Assembly (NCBI GenBank): GCA_003707115.1
Contig: PPNB01000010.1
Span: 248,001 to 303,499, forward strand
From: Tortispora ganteri
Taxonomy: Eukaryota
Direction of reading: 5' to 3'
Length of the DNA stretch: 55,499 nucleotides
The translations under genes and the position numbers were made by a program. The stretch's first letter is position 1. Every line of letters starts with the position of its first letter. Below are positions 21,003 to 32,762 of the stretch, piece by piece. The notes beneath the pieces were generated by a model that saw nothing but the letters and a program-made list of their open reading frames with translations, was not told the origin of the DNA and ran no database searches.

Positions 21003-22551
21003 CTACTTTTTAGCTTTCGTAACCTCCGTCCACTCGCTATCGCTTCCAATATCTTCCTCAGACTGTTTCTCCTTTTGCATTCGTAGTTGTGCAAATTTTC
21101 CAGCTACATCGGCAACGCTGTTTTTCTTCTCATTGTTATCACTCTTACCGTTCTTAGACTGCTTGAATTCTTTTGGTTTCGACGACTTGACTTCAGTCGC
21201 GGTTTGTGCGGCATTGTTCGCTTCCTCCTTAGCCTTTTTTTCCAGTTCTTGGAGTCTAGCCGCAGTGTCAACTGGTTTGGCAGCGCCAAATGGGTTTCCT
21301 GAAAGCTGAGTCACAGATCCAGCACCTTCGTGAGAACTCTCACCGGAGGTGCCACCTGTTTCAGTTTTTCGCCATTCAGCAGAGGCAAACAGTCCAGAAG
21401 GAATTCGCGAAGAGGGTTGACGAGATCGGCGAGACTCATCGTTGTCCGCAGAAGGGGACGATATACGGTTACCTGTACCATGACGCCATGGTCGACTGGC
21501 ACCTTCAGGTGTGACACTGCGACGTTCTGTTTCGTCAGCAGGGGCATAACGAGCCGAAGCAAAATCGAGGCTTCTATCAGATATGTCAGACTGACGCGGT
21601 CTGCGTTCTTGTCTCTCGCGCCGATCAGCAAAACTCGGCTGGCTGTCTAAATCTGGAGCATCACTTTGTCTAGCGGCAGCAAAATCCATACGGTTTCCGC
21701 TGAAGCTACGCTCAGATCTATTGGAGAGACTAGGTTGACGCTCGAAAGGCGGAGGAGCTCTTCCTTCTCTGGCAGACGAGAAATCAAGACTTTTCCCACC
21801 GAAAGGACCTGATCCTGATCTACGCTGTTGTGGTCTTTCCCTGCCAAGAATATCTGCGACGTCGAGCTCGCGGTCTTCAACGGGCTCAGTTCGGCGCCAT
21901 GAGGCGCCACCACCGACGCCAAACCGTGAGAAGCGTGGGGTCTCTTCACGTTGCTCGGCAACACCGATGCGGGTAGAGCGGCCATCAATCATGATGTTGT
22001 TTCTGGCAATGGCCTGAACAAGCCCGTCTCTAGTGGCAAAGGTGACGAATCCAGAGCCCCTGGGCTTGCCAGTAAGTCTGTCCATGGTCAGACGAATAGA
22101 TTCGATGGGCAGATCCTTAAAGGCTTCCCTAATGTGATCTTCAGTGACTGTAAGTGACATGCTTCCGAGCCAAGCGGTGTATGGTGGCGCATCGGGTACG
22201 GGTGGTTCGGGTCTGCCGAAAGAAGTTGTAGCGCCAGAGAAGTTCATGGTGTGCAAATCAGCAGGAGGAGGAATATCGAAATCCTCATCGGCCCACAGTT
22301 CGTTCATGGGAGCGATGGGGCCACCAAAACTAGCGTCCTGGTGGAACTCATTCAGAGTCATTTTCTTTCCTTTTTTTGGCGCTGCAGAATACGGTTAGTG
22401 CTATCCAGCGAAGACTACAGGTGCTGTAAGGTCAGTAGTGTGTGCTAGAGAAACGCGCGTCATCGCGACAACGTGACCCTGCAGCATACCACAAATACAG
22501 CTACATCAGCAAGTATGTATACACACGTGCAAGAACATTTTACTTACGCAT
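21003..22551 (-). CDS. TIF3: Translation initiation factor eIF4B; 4-nt first coding exon 22551-22548, intron 22547-22382, exon 22381-21003
   Basis: Splicing ATG-C|GTAAGT...CACTAAC...CAG|CG gives MPPKKGKKMTLNEF. The protein has WADE, an RRM (PPYTAW...RGSGFVTF), LDFxxAR repeats and NPFGAAKPVDT. Confidence 0.92.
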
Positions 22552-23010
22552 ATTGGAAGAATTTAGTTGATTTCAAAGTGAGTAAGTGCGTAACTCACCC
22601 AGTGTTGAAAGGCGAGGTTTGCAGGTCTATGGGAAGAAAAAATTAATAATCTACTAAAACTTTAAAGATTATTACCGTAACTATGCAGTAACTCTGTTCG
22701 AGGTATTAGAGTATCAAATAACGACGGTCATTTTGGTAAACAAGAGCTTTTTATGAGTCTTAAAAGGACTAATAAAAAAAAGTAATAAGACATTGAGTAT
22801 TATAAATATATTGATAAACTACTTTTGGTTCACTATTCAGATATATTGTTTGAATACAAGGCGTGCAGTCTGATAAAATCTGCCTGCATATCCTACTAAT
22901 ACACTCCCAGCCCTTCTCGCCTCTCCAACGTGCAGCCAACACCGTCTTGAACAACATTGCTAAATTATTCACAAAAATACAAGTGATATTGTAGAAATCA
23001 GTGATTCTAA

Positions 23011-26000
23011 ATGCGTCAATTGATAAATTGGAATTATTTAGAAAACTTTGTGGTGAATCTGTGGACACAACTGGCAACTATCGATCCTCAACCATGGGTT
23101 CACCGTCTTTTCGTTCTTATTGCATCATTGTTACTACTTCAAGTCCTTATTATCGTTGCATTTTATTTATTTTTGGGTATTAAAATTTCTTTCTTTGGCC
23201 TATTTTCTGTGCATTTTCTTAGAATACCTATTCGCCCTGGTCTATCATTATCTATTCGAATGATCCGCTTGCGTCTGCATTACCCCACAATCGCTTTCCA
23301 GGGTTTTATTAAAATAGAAATTTTTGGTCTCGACTGCTACGTTACTAGACATAAATTATCATATACGGACCAAAAAGTTGTCTCACATATTATCGAAAAC
23401 CCTTCTGCCGTTTTCGATGAGACTGCCCTCCAGCAACTTATACATGCTCGTGTATCTAAAACATTATTCATTTGTCGCATCCTCCAAAAAATATCGCTGT
23501 TCGTCACTGCAGCCTCCCTCAATATAGACAATAAAATAGAAGTGTACCTGTCGACAGCTACACTCTTCGCCAACAGACGTCCAAGTTCACATTCGCATCT
23601 CCATTTCTCTCCTTCAGCTAAACAAGCAAAAGTAGATGCTGAAAATGACCTACCCCCCTCCGAATCTGCTTCTTCCAGCACTTCTGATTCGAAAATAGAA
23701 CTTGAATGCGCATTGCGTGGATTCGGATACTCTGTAAACGGTTCCTCGCAGAACCGTTTCCTCGATTACATATCCCTGCTTTGTAACGCTGTCACGCTTG
23801 ATTCTTCATCAATCTCTCGATGCGGTGTATTTTTAAGAATCGGTCATCTCTCTTTATCAATGGACGAGTTTCATTATGCTTTACAGCATTTGATCACCAA
23901 AAACGCTGCTGACGCCTTTAATCATTCTGGTTCCCATACACATGAAGAATATGTCGATATTTTTGAGGAATCCCTCAAGTTTCTCGACGAGCAGCCAACT
24001 GAGCTTGTCGGAGGTTTTGCTAAACTTGGCCTGATTGCATACAGACTGGGTAACTATATTACTGAATTTGACGTTCATTTTCAGCGTCTGGTCCTGCATA
24101 AAATTCCTCCCACCCCTTTTTTGCCTTCAGACTTTGCTCCTGATACTGGCAAATGCGAACTTCCTCTCAGTTTTGATCTCGCAGTGCGAGAAATCTCTCT
24201 CTATTGGAGACTCCTTAATAGAGATTCACCAGTATTCAAATCGTCCTTCCCGCATACTGATAATGCACATCATTTTATCATGAACGCACTCTCTATTGCT
24301 ATATCAGCTTCTTCTCTCGGAAACAAGCGCGAAGTCATCTACATTCCCTCTCTAAGTTTAACTGCTCGTACTAATGCACTGTTCAAAATATTGAGACTTA
24401 TTCAACGTTCTCCAGTCGATCCCGAGAGTAATATATGTCGCGGCAGCCTTGTCATAACATCTCCTACAGTGGACTTATCCACCGCTTCACTACCGCACTC
24501 TACTGAGTTCTACCATGAAAGGCTGGCGAAATACAAGAATTGGGCTCCGAAGAAGTCACCTGGTACTGTGAAGTTTTTGAGCAGATACTTCAGCAAATCT
24601 CGCCTGCATTTTTTGTACTGGGCAATCCCGCGAATTTCAATGAAAGTTGTTCTTGACGAACCTACTCTGAGATTTTCCGTTCACAAAGAGTCTATTGATC
24701 TCAACAATGACGGTGTTTTGTTTGTTTCTTTTAGCAGCATTGCCTTGTTTGCTGAACCTCACAGTCTTATACAGTTCCGCGGAGAAAACGGCGAACAACG
24801 CAACAGACTCCAAGTCGCTCTGCGCACTTACGTAACATCCTTCAAAGTATGGTTTAGGAATGTTTCGGATGTTGGCGATGTTAATACTGAGCTTCCTATT
24901 CAGCTTTTTTCTTTGGACTCGGGATTGGTTAGGGCTAACTTCTCTAGCTTGTCCAGTCTTGCTTGGACGTTTTATGTTCAGTGTAACAACTTGTCACTGA
25001 GCCCAAATTTCAACCATTTCAACAATGTGCTAACGAAGATATATCTGTTCTTAGAGAATCGAAGGACTATATCCACCCGTTACAAGCAGACTCCTGCCCC
25101 TAACGGGACTCACAAAGTTAGTTACCCTTTATTGAGCAATATTCCTTGGTGGGCTACCTATATAAAAGTTGATGTGCGCTCACTTTCTTTGTCTACCTTG
25201 CGCACAGACATCCAATTACCTGATGAGATCAGAGGCTGCTTCTATAACGTGCGTGCTTTAAGTTGCGAAATGACAACAAACCAAATCAACGTTGGCTCGA
25301 TATATGGATACCCGCCTTCTGATGAGAACTTACCCAGCATTGGCGACACCAATCTAACCACGTTTAATTTGATTCCACTAAAACCTAACAAGGAAAGCGA
25401 ATCTGAGGAAATGCACAAGACTATAAACACAGAAGATCCAGCATTATCCAAAGACTCGCCCGTCTTCTTATCTTTGCACAGAAAAGCGCATATCGACATT
25501 GAAGACTTCAGCATTTCTGCCGAGGAGGCCGAGTCAGGTATCAGTTCAGCAAAAATTCTGGAACCTGTCAACATCCGTGCTAGCCTGTCAGTGTCTAACT
25601 CAGTCTCCGGTAACAGCGCTGAACATATATTGGTGGATATGTCTCCTATTAAACTGAACTATACTCCTTATAACTTATGGTGCTCACTCTTAGCCGTGCG
25701 GAATATTATGGACTTGATATCACTTAACCGTGAGCAAAAGTCCAAAACGCCTGCGACTACTAGACCAAAGGTCGATCAATATGGACCTCTTCCTGGCCAC
25801 CAGAGACTGCTTGACATCGGCATTACAATAGGTTATATCTCTCTGAAATGTCCACAGGCTGAATTGCAGTTTATAGCAGGAAAGGCGCACATCTGTCGAA
25901 ACGTTGACAAGAGCATTGATATCCAGTCCGACTCACTTAGCATGTTTATCAAATCGGAATGTTTTAAGGCTAGTTGGTCTCGGTGTTTCTCGTTTGCTGG

Positions 26001-29000
26001 TTTGCGAGTAACCGTGCCTGCTCCGTCGCCGAAAAATCAAGACAGAGAAATCACCGTTGAGTCTGATGGAATCTCACTTATTATACCGCATAACTCTCGC
26101 CCTTATATGGTACTAGAGCGCATTGTGAACAATTTCAAGACAATTAAGCAGCTTATGCACATGTTCAAAACTGCGAGCAAGGAATATGTGCTGACTCCTA
26201 AAGAAGTTTACGGTTTCAAGATGCCTCATATACATTTCATCAGTAGCAACTTTGTTTTCTTGGCAGAGGACAACCCCTTTGAAGCTAAGTTATCAAATAT
26301 TTTCCTTTCAGGACTTAAAGAGCAAGATGACCGATTGAAGCGTGAGATAGCCCTGAAAGTGAAGCTGGATCAGCATGAAGCAGAGCGCAAGACAAGAGAA
26401 GCACAAAAATTCCGAAAAGATCTGACCGCTAATTTAGATTCTACGGGCCTGAGGGCGTCTATGAACAAAAAAGAGTTCTCAGGTTCGATTGCGAGCTTTG
26501 AAAAACTTATTCATCATAGAGACCGTCGCAGGAACTCCACTAAGGGAAAACATGGACCAACTGCTACTACCAAGGACTTGTACCATAGCTCAAAGTTTTT
26601 CCCCTCGTTCCACAAGAAAAACTCCGGCAAGAACCAAGGAGTAGAATCTGAATTGACGCCGGAACAGATCAAATCTAGGGCTGAATATCTGCTTAAAGAG
26701 TACGATTCTGTATCCTGGACAAGAAAGATCCGTGCTGAAACACGGAGGACCCGTATTAAAGTGCGTCAAGAAGTTTGGGAGCTATTATGTCATATCTCTA
26801 TTCCCGACGAGTTGACAAAGGAAGAATCATATGTTGAGCTTTCAGATGATTTCCCGCTCGGTATTCTATTATTTTCAGGTTTTGAGTTAGAACTTGACGC
26901 TCCGTCTTATAGGCTAGAGCATATTCGTGACTTCTTGTACGAGGTTGGTAAGGGCATCCCGAAGGATACGGCATTTACGCTTATGATTCCTTTTATGCTC
27001 AAAATCTATGCAGAAGAAGTTTCCATCCAGCTACGCGACTATCCGCTGCCTTTCCTGCACGTTCCACCTTGTGATATCGAAGAATCTACCTCTGCTTGGT
27101 CATTTTCTGGTGACTTCGTTATAGGCGAAGAGCTTGCTGGCCCAGAAACCCGCAGATATGTCCCTGTGGTGGTAATGAACCCGGAAATTCACTCTTCAAA
27201 AGGTTGGACACTGTACGTGCCGCGCACATTGAACCCTGTGAAAACCTACTGCAAGATTGACTTGGATATTAACAGCAATTCGCCTACCAGAATTTGCTGG
27301 AGTGAGGCCATACAACCTGCTCTAGGTCGCTTCATGGGTAGGTTAGATGCTTTAAGTAAGCCGAAGATTGATCGCTCACCTGCCATAGGTTTCTGGGATA
27401 AGCTAAGGCTTCAGCTTCACTCTCGCATTGCTGTGAAATGGAAAGGTAGCGGCGATGTGATCTTGAACATTAAGGGCACACGGTCACCGTATAATGTAGG
27501 CGACCATGGATCTGGATTTTCGTTCTGTTGGAGAGATAACGTTGAATTTCATGTCAACAAGAATTCCAAGCCACAGGAGTTCATGGAAGTCATTAGTCAG
27601 GAATTCTATCTAGCCATTCCAGACCTATCCGGGCTTGTGGATAAATCTAGGCCATATGTCAAAGGCCAAGGTCAACACGCTTTCTTTGATTCCTTTTCGT
27701 ATCCGTCGCTTTATTCCGAGGAGCTTGAAAAACTCTGCATGAAAGTTGCCGGCAATGTGCAATGGCTCTGCGGAGTCATGTTCCAACATACTGGTGAAGA
27801 CGGGAAACTATCATATAAGACTTCTCCTCATTACGGCGTTACATTGGTTCATCCGCATTACTCAGAAACGATGAAGAGAGAAGGTAAAGTCTATGATGCC
27901 TTTGAATCTTTCAGGACACACCACATTCATCTGGCGATATCTGTGACCTGCCCTGAAAACTTTGCATGGAAAGCTAGGAACGTACTTCATATGTCAGAGA
28001 GTCGAAGTGTAAATTCCGTGCATTTGTCTCCACAGTTCTTCTACCAGTTTCTGGCATGGTGGAGCATGTTCTCTGGTGTTATGTCTATACCAATCTCGCA
28101 GGGAAAACTATTCAGCGCGCATGCGCAATCAAGTGCCAAGTTTTCGCGTCATCTTACCACTATAAAATACCGTCTCTGTCTTGCTCCGCTTTATATCTGT
28201 CACGTCTATTTACATGAAGACACTACCACACCAGAGAAGCACAGAATAAACGCTACTGGATTGAAACTGAAACTGGACTCCTTTGTGATGGATCTGCATC
28301 AGCGCAGAGAGCCGATTGTTAGGATTAACCGCGAGCTGGATCGAAGGAACCTTGTCATGCATATGAAACTGTACTCTGGCCAGATAGATATGGTCAATGC
28401 AGATCTGCGTGTTGTATCAGGTAAATTGAAAGCTGTTTACAAAGAGCCTATGGATTCAGTCTCTGACCGCCTGGACAGCGAATCTGAGCGTGACAGTATA
28501 TCTGCGAACTTTACGGCAAGCGGTACCCCTAGAAGCGGCTCCATGTCCTCACGATTTATGAATGCCTTTAAGAATGTGCACATTAATGACGACGATTTTG
28601 CATGGGTTGATTTCGACGATTTTGTTGACCATTTACTCATTCCAGGCCTTGAATCTACAAGCATCGATACACTTTCGTACCATCCGTTCATTTGCGCGCC
28701 ATACTTTACGTATTTTCGCGATACAAGCACAGAGGCTGCTGATGGAGAGAATGACGAAGCTAATGCCTTAGATGGTTCTAAATATTATAATTTCGGCAGT
28801 GAGCACGTGCACGAATGTCTAATAGGAAACGACGACCCGATATACCTGCAAAGAAACTTGGCTATTCGAAGATCTGAAGAGTTGAAAGGTCTAATTGACC
28901 GAAGCAAGGCCACTCTTTTTGAGATAGGCGACCAAGACCCTGAAAGAGCTGGACTGTTAAATTCTGACTTAGAAGCACTGGAAAAGGCATTTACATCCTG

Positions 29001-31938
29001 TCACGAGTTTGTGCGGTATTCAGATAGGTTTTTGGCAGGAGACAAACATGACTCTCTAGAAGGACTGAACCTTGAAACTTCGTTTGAGCATTCTAAAGGT
29101 ATGTCTAATGAATTGGACTCTTACATTATGCAGTCTATTAAGACCTGGTCGACGTCAAGTACTTCGAATGGATTGTATAGTATGCAAAACTACTACGACT
29201 CCGACGACAGAAAGATGTTCCATAACCGGTTTATGTTACACAATGTTCTTATCAAATGGGACAACGAGGTGCGGAATAACTTGATTTCTTATATCCATTC
29301 GGTCAGCAAACGAAGAGGAGACGTGTATTATCTGTCGCAGAAAGCTGCAGCGTATATTGATAACCTCGTGAAGCAGACATCGAAGTTTGACGAAAAATCG
29401 TTTACTTCTGAAGCGATTGAGAAGTTGCTTTCCAAACTTCTGGAGGCTGAACAGGAGCGCGAAAACTCGTACGTGCCCGTCATGGGAGAAGGTGCCACTA
29501 CGCATTCACAGAAAGAGCTTTTTGAGAAGAGATTACGTGAGTGTCGAACAGACAAAACGACTCCAGTAGACACTTATCTGTTTAGAATGATATCTCCTCA
29601 GATTCAGATGTCCAGCAATGAGTGCCCTGACGGTGTTATTCTTATGATGATCCAGAATTGTGAGGCTCGTGTAACACAAATGTATGACAAAGCTGCGGAA
29701 CAAGATGAAATTGGTGGTTTAGTCGAAACACGGTACGGTGTCATTATGGAGAAATCTCAAGTTTTTTGTTTTAAGAAAAACTCTAAAAATATGCCTTCTT
29801 TTGCGATTTTGCGATCTGATCCTTATGGTAACAAGCAAGGTTCTACCTGGCCGCCGTGGTTGCCCATTGAATCAGTTTACGACGAAGATTATTTACCAGT
29901 TGCAAGAGTTACCAACCCTTTTACGCCGTTCATACGTTATGACCGAAGAAACCCACTGAGAATTGGAAAAGACGACATATCTATTCATGACGAGGGCGGC
30001 AATTCAGTATCGGCTGTGGACGAAATGCCTGACGTAATTGCAGGATATTTCAATGACGCGACATTTACGTGTGACTCTGAACAGTATGCTACTTGTTTTG
30101 TCACCCTTACTGATCTGTTTATGTATTCTGAGCTAATTAATGCTAATGATCATGATAGGGTTGCTAAACTTGTCCTGCAGAGCGACTTCACCAATGTTAA
30201 GGGAGTATCTGATCTTGTGAAGAAACTGCAATCTAATATTCGAGACCTTGGGCAATATGAAATGATTCTGCGATCTAGGCCGTCGTTAGATCGTCATTTG
30301 CGTCATACTCTACGGCATATTCACTCTGAAGTCAATGGTTTACGCGAGGAACTTCACTATTTAATGCAAGCTATTGATTTGCAGCAAAGTCAAATAGCAA
30401 AGATTCAGAAACGTGGAAAAGAAGCCATGGTGTCTCGCAAAGTTGTTGCTTCTGGAGAGTCACTGATATTCCATATGCTAGACAAGAACAGGAAACCATT
30501 TGTTGATTTCGCAATGGCTAATGCTAATTTTCGACGCTCAGAGTCGCTTGATGGGTCAAACTCGAATCAGATAATGATCGATGTTATGCAAGGATTCAAT
30601 CTTGTTCCTGACTCACTGTACCCTGAGTTGTTTTTGCCTTATATAAACCCACGACGAACCGAAGGCATCCCTGAGTTTGAACATATGATCTCCATTAGCT
30701 GGGTCATGCTTGAACCTATTGGAGGCATTCCGGTGATGCTGAAGTTTGAAGGTCAGTTTCAACCTTTGAAAATACAGTTAGAGGATTCTACAGGAAAAGC
30801 ATTGATGGATTATATATTTCCGAATGCAGCAGGCGAACGTTTGCGAAGGTCGCGAAACAAAAAGAAACAGGTTTTGCCAAATGATGGAAATGGTTCTGAA
30901 TGCAGCTCAGACAAATCTGGATCCATCTGGAGTTTATCAGAGACAGATGACGATTCTGATAGATCTGATGGATCTGATGAATTTGATCAAGATGATTGGC
31001 TCTCGCATAACACTGGATCTATTGGTACACAAAAAACCGGTACCGGCAGTGGTCTGCGTAAGATATTTAATGACCGACGAAGTACCAGCTATAATAGCGT
31101 CAAAGATACTACACCTGGTCAGTCGTCTGGCCGTATCAGCGAGCATCGCTCCGCACATTCAAGCACGCTCTCGCTTTCACGCCGTGTGAAGAAACAAGAT
31201 GAGATAGAAGAAGGAAGAGACGATGTGGAAAAGATGCAGAAACGTGCAGCTAGCTATACAAGTTTTTTGGATATCGTGATTGACCCACTACTACTGTGTG
31301 TGAGTTTCCGCGGACCGGGCAAGAAACGATTAGCAACAGTTCACGAGTTTGAGCTCTACTTGCCGACTATTGAGTTTCAGAACAAAACATGGTCTAATTT
31401 AGATCTTGTTAATCATCTAAAAAAACTTGTTATCAAGTCTCTGCTGTCACATACGGGTGCGATACTCGAGAACAAGATTACACGGCGCGCACGCCAGAGA
31501 CGTACCATGACTTACGGTCTAATCAGGCAAGTATCTAATTACCGCAACTTCCTTTCATTGGAAGACATTGCTGAAAACAGTAATGCTGCATCTCTGAAGC
31601 GGAATATCGATACACAAACCTCGCACGTGAAGATCGAGATCTCTGCACCATCAGAGAATTTGCATGACCAAGAACGGCTTAGGAAGTACAACAGCCCGGG
31701 CATTGATCATGTACCGAAATCGGTTACTTCGCCGAATCTAAGCGATACTAATAGTTCATTCGCGAGTCCTCATACGCCATTGTCTTCTACGCCCGTGAAA
31801 AAAGTGTCCAGTCGGTCTACTAGCATAACTAATGGGAATGACCACAGTTTAAGCACGGATACCGGGTCGCCAAACAGCAGCCGAAAAAAACGCTTTTTTG
31901 GAAGATTTGGACACAAAAAAAACCGAGATAACAAGTAG
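23011..31938 (+). CDS. FMP27: Fmp27/BLTP2 (Hobbit) bridge-like lipid transfer protein
   Basis: 2975 aa with an N-terminal TM segment, the family motifs LRDYPLP, IGFWDKLRL and WPPWLP, and an Apt1-like C-terminus (NKTWSNLDL). Confidence 0.93.
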   Translation: MRQLINWNYLENFVVNLWTQLATIDPQPWVHRLFVLIASLLLLQVLIIVAFYLFLGIKISFFGLFSVHFLRIPIRPGLSLSIRMIRLRLHYPTIAFQGFIKIEIFGLDCYVTRHKLSYTDQKVVSHIIENPSAVFDETALQQLIHARVSKTLFICRILQKISLFVTAASLNIDNKIEVYLSTATLFANRRPSSHSHLHFSPSAKQAKVDAENDLPPSESASSSTSDSKIELECALRGFGYSVNGSSQNRFLDYISLLCNAVTLDSSSISRCGVFLRIGHLSLSMDEFHYALQHLITKNAADAFNHSGSHTHEEYVDIFEESLKFLDEQPTELVGGFAKLGLIAYRLGNYITEFDVHFQRLVLHKIPPTPFLPSDFAPDTGKCELPLSFDLAVREISLYWRLLNRDSPVFKSSFPHTDNAHHFIMNALSIAISASSLGNKREVIYIPSLSLTARTNALFKILRLIQRSPVDPESNICRGSLVITSPTVDLSTASLPHSTEFYHERLAKYKNWAPKKSPGTVKFLSRYFSKSRLHFLYWAIPRISMKVVLDEPTLRFSVHKESIDLNNDGVLFVSFSSIALFAEPHSLIQFRGENGEQRNRLQVALRTYVTSFKVWFRNVSDVGDVNTELPIQLFSLDSGLVRANFSSLSSLAWTFYVQCNNLSLSPNFNHFNNVLTKIYLFLENRRTISTRYKQTPAPNGTHKVSYPLLSNIPWWATYIKVDVRSLSLSTLRTDIQLPDEIRGCFYNVRALSCEMTTNQINVGSIYGYPPSDENLPSIGDTNLTTFNLIPLKPNKESESEEMHKTINTEDPALSKDSPVFLSLHRKAHIDIEDFSISAEEAESGISSAKILEPVNIRASLSVSNSVSGNSAEHILVDMSPIKLNYTPYNLWCSLLAVRNIMDLISLNREQKSKTPATTRPKVDQYGPLPGHQRLLDIGITIGYISLKCPQAELQFIAGKAHICRNVDKSIDIQSDSLSMFIKSECFKASWSRCFSFAGLRVTVPAPSPKNQDREITVESDGISLIIPHNSRPYMVLERIVNNFKTIKQLMHMFKTASKEYVLTPKEVYGFKMPHIHFISSNFVFLAEDNPFEAKLSNIFLSGLKEQDDRLKREIALKVKLDQHEAERKTREAQKFRKDLTANLDSTGLRASMNKKEFSGSIASFEKLIHHRDRRRNSTKGKHGPTATTKDLYHSSKFFPSFHKKNSGKNQGVESELTPEQIKSRAEYLLKEYDSVSWTRKIRAETRRTRIKVRQEVWELLCHISIPDELTKEESYVELSDDFPLGILLFSGFELELDAPSYRLEHIRDFLYEVGKGIPKDTAFTLMIPFMLKIYAEEVSIQLRDYPLPFLHVPPCDIEESTSAWSFSGDFVIGEELAGPETRRYVPVVVMNPEIHSSKGWTLYVPRTLNPVKTYCKIDLDINSNSPTRICWSEAIQPALGRFMGRLDALSKPKIDRSPAIGFWDKLRLQLHSRIAVKWKGSGDVILNIKGTRSPYNVGDHGSGFSFCWRDNVEFHVNKNSKPQEFMEVISQEFYLAIPDLSGLVDKSRPYVKGQGQHAFFDSFSYPSLYSEELEKLCMKVAGNVQWLCGVMFQHTGEDGKLSYKTSPHYGVTLVHPHYSETMKREGKVYDAFESFRTHHIHLAISVTCPENFAWKARNVLHMSESRSVNSVHLSPQFFYQFLAWWSMFSGVMSIPISQGKLFSAHAQSSAKFSRHLTTIKYRLCLAPLYICHVYLHEDTTTPEKHRINATGLKLKLDSFVMDLHQRREPIVRINRELDRRNLVMHMKLYSGQIDMVNADLRVVSGKLKAVYKEPMDSVSDRLDSESERDSISANFTASGTPRSGSMSSRFMNAFKNVHINDDDFAWVDFDDFVDHLLIPGLESTSIDTLSYHPFICAPYFTYFRDTSTEAADGENDEANALDGSKYYNFGSEHVHECLIGNDDPIYLQRNLAIRRSEELKGLIDRSKATLFEIGDQDPERAGLLNSDLEALEKAFTSCHEFVRYSDRFLAGDKHDSLEGLNLETSFEHSKGMSNELDSYIMQSIKTWSTSSTSNGLYSMQNYYDSDDRKMFHNRFMLHNVLIKWDNEVRNNLISYIHSVSKRRGDVYYLSQKAAAYIDNLVKQTSKFDEKSFTSEAIEKLLSKLLEAEQERENSYVPVMGEGATTHSQKELFEKRLRECRTDKTTPVDTYLFRMISPQIQMSSNECPDGVILMMIQNCEARVTQMYDKAAEQDEIGGLVETRYGVIMEKSQVFCFKKNSKNMPSFAILRSDPYGNKQGSTWPPWLPIESVYDEDYLPVARVTNPFTPFIRYDRRNPLRIGKDDISIHDEGGNSVSAVDEMPDVIAGYFNDATFTCDSEQYATCFVTLTDLFMYSELINANDHDRVAKLVLQSDFTNVKGVSDLVKKLQSNIRDLGQYEMILRSRPSLDRHLRHTLRHIHSEVNGLREELHYLMQAIDLQQSQIAKIQKRGKEAMVSRKVVASGESLIFHMLDKNRKPFVDFAMANANFRRSESLDGSNSNQIMIDVMQGFNLVPDSLYPELFLPYINPRRTEGIPEFEHMISISWVMLEPIGGIPVMLKFEGQFQPLKIQLEDSTGKALMDYIFPNAAGERLRRSRNKKKQVLPNDGNGSECSSDKSGSIWSLSETDDDSDRSDGSDEFDQDDWLSHNTGSIGTQKTGTGSGLRKIFNDRRSTSYNSVKDTTPGQSSGRISEHRSAHSSTLSLSRRVKKQDEIEEGRDDVEKMQKRAASYTSFLDIVIDPLLLCVSFRGPGKKRLATVHEFELYLPTIEFQNKTWSNLDLVNHLKKLVIKSLLSHTGAILENKITRRARQRRTMTYGLIRQVSNYRNFLSLEDIAENSNAASLKRNIDTQTSHVKIEISAPSENLHDQERLRKYNSPGIDHVPKSVTSPNLSDTNSSFASPHTPLSSTPVKKVSSRSTSITNGNDHSLSTDTGSPNSSRKKRFFGRFGHKKNRDNK

Positions 31939-32019
31939 CGATAATATTATTGTACAGTATTCATTAAATGTCATCAGATATCAAAGAGACGGCTCTCTGC
32001 GGCACATAAACGAGTTGGG

Positions 32020-32535
32020 TCATCGCTTCAGACGCTTAATGTCGTTGTGATCTATACCTGAATGACTTTTCCGCTTTCTAATTTTGCCGTCTTCTTTCGG
32101 TCCTTCTGGTGAGCTAGCCACATTTGACGTATCGTTTAGCCCCAAAAGAGAAGATTCAAACCCGACTGCGACGGTCGACGGATCGAATTTGAAGGCATCC
32201 CTGAGTGCGCTGATATCAAAAGGTTTCAAGGCTGGCCGGGATTCAAACAAAGGACTGTCGATCAATGGCAAGATTGTGTGTTTTGTAGGGATATGATTCT
32301 TGCCTATCAAGTCCGCTATGTGGCCCTTGTAAGACTTACGCAGCTTATTCTTGGCGCCTGTAATAGGATCTGTTCGTGCTACAGAATCAGCAAGAGACTT
32401 CAATCCGAAAAGGGTAATGAGATTATCCTGTACGTTTGGTGAAGGTATATCATACTTTTCGCCAGGTACAAAATAGAAAGGAGATTCTGCCGGAAGAGAA
32501 GCATTTCTCCCCTTGCCTTTCATTGCCGATGGCAT
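32020..32535 (-). CDS. ROX3: Mediator subunit Med19
   Basis: ATG at 32535; NLITLFGLKSLADSVARTDPITGAKNKLRKSYKGHIADL is the Med19/Rox3 signature. Confidence 0.9.
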   Translation of the reverse strand: MPSAMKGKGRNASLPAESPFYFVPGEKYDIPSPNVQDNLITLFGLKSLADSVARTDPITGAKNKLRKSYKGHIADLIGKNHIPTKHTILPLIDSPLFESRPALKPFDISALRDAFKFDPSTVAVGFESSLLGLNDTSNVASSPEGPKEDGKIRKRKSHSGIDHNDIKRLKR

Positions 32536-32656
32536 AATAAGGTCAAGAGAGTGGGGCAGTAGGGCCGGGTGTTGCAAATGGGAGAAGATGCGGAAAAGGA
32601 ATAAGGAGTAGTGGTTGTGGGGTTGTTGTCAAGGCAACACAACCCTCTTTAAACCA

Positions 32657-32664
32657 CAGTCACA
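32657..32664 (+). promoter_or_regulatory. Homol-D box upstream of RPL32
   Basis: Exact CAGTCACA about 100 nt upstream of the RPL32 ATG. Confidence 0.7.
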
Positions 32665-32762
32665 TAACTTAAGAAAGCTTTGGGAGTGGATAGCTACTAC
32701 ACGCAAGCAACCCAGCACAGAATACACAACCCAAGACACAGTTTCTTCATAAAGACTATATA

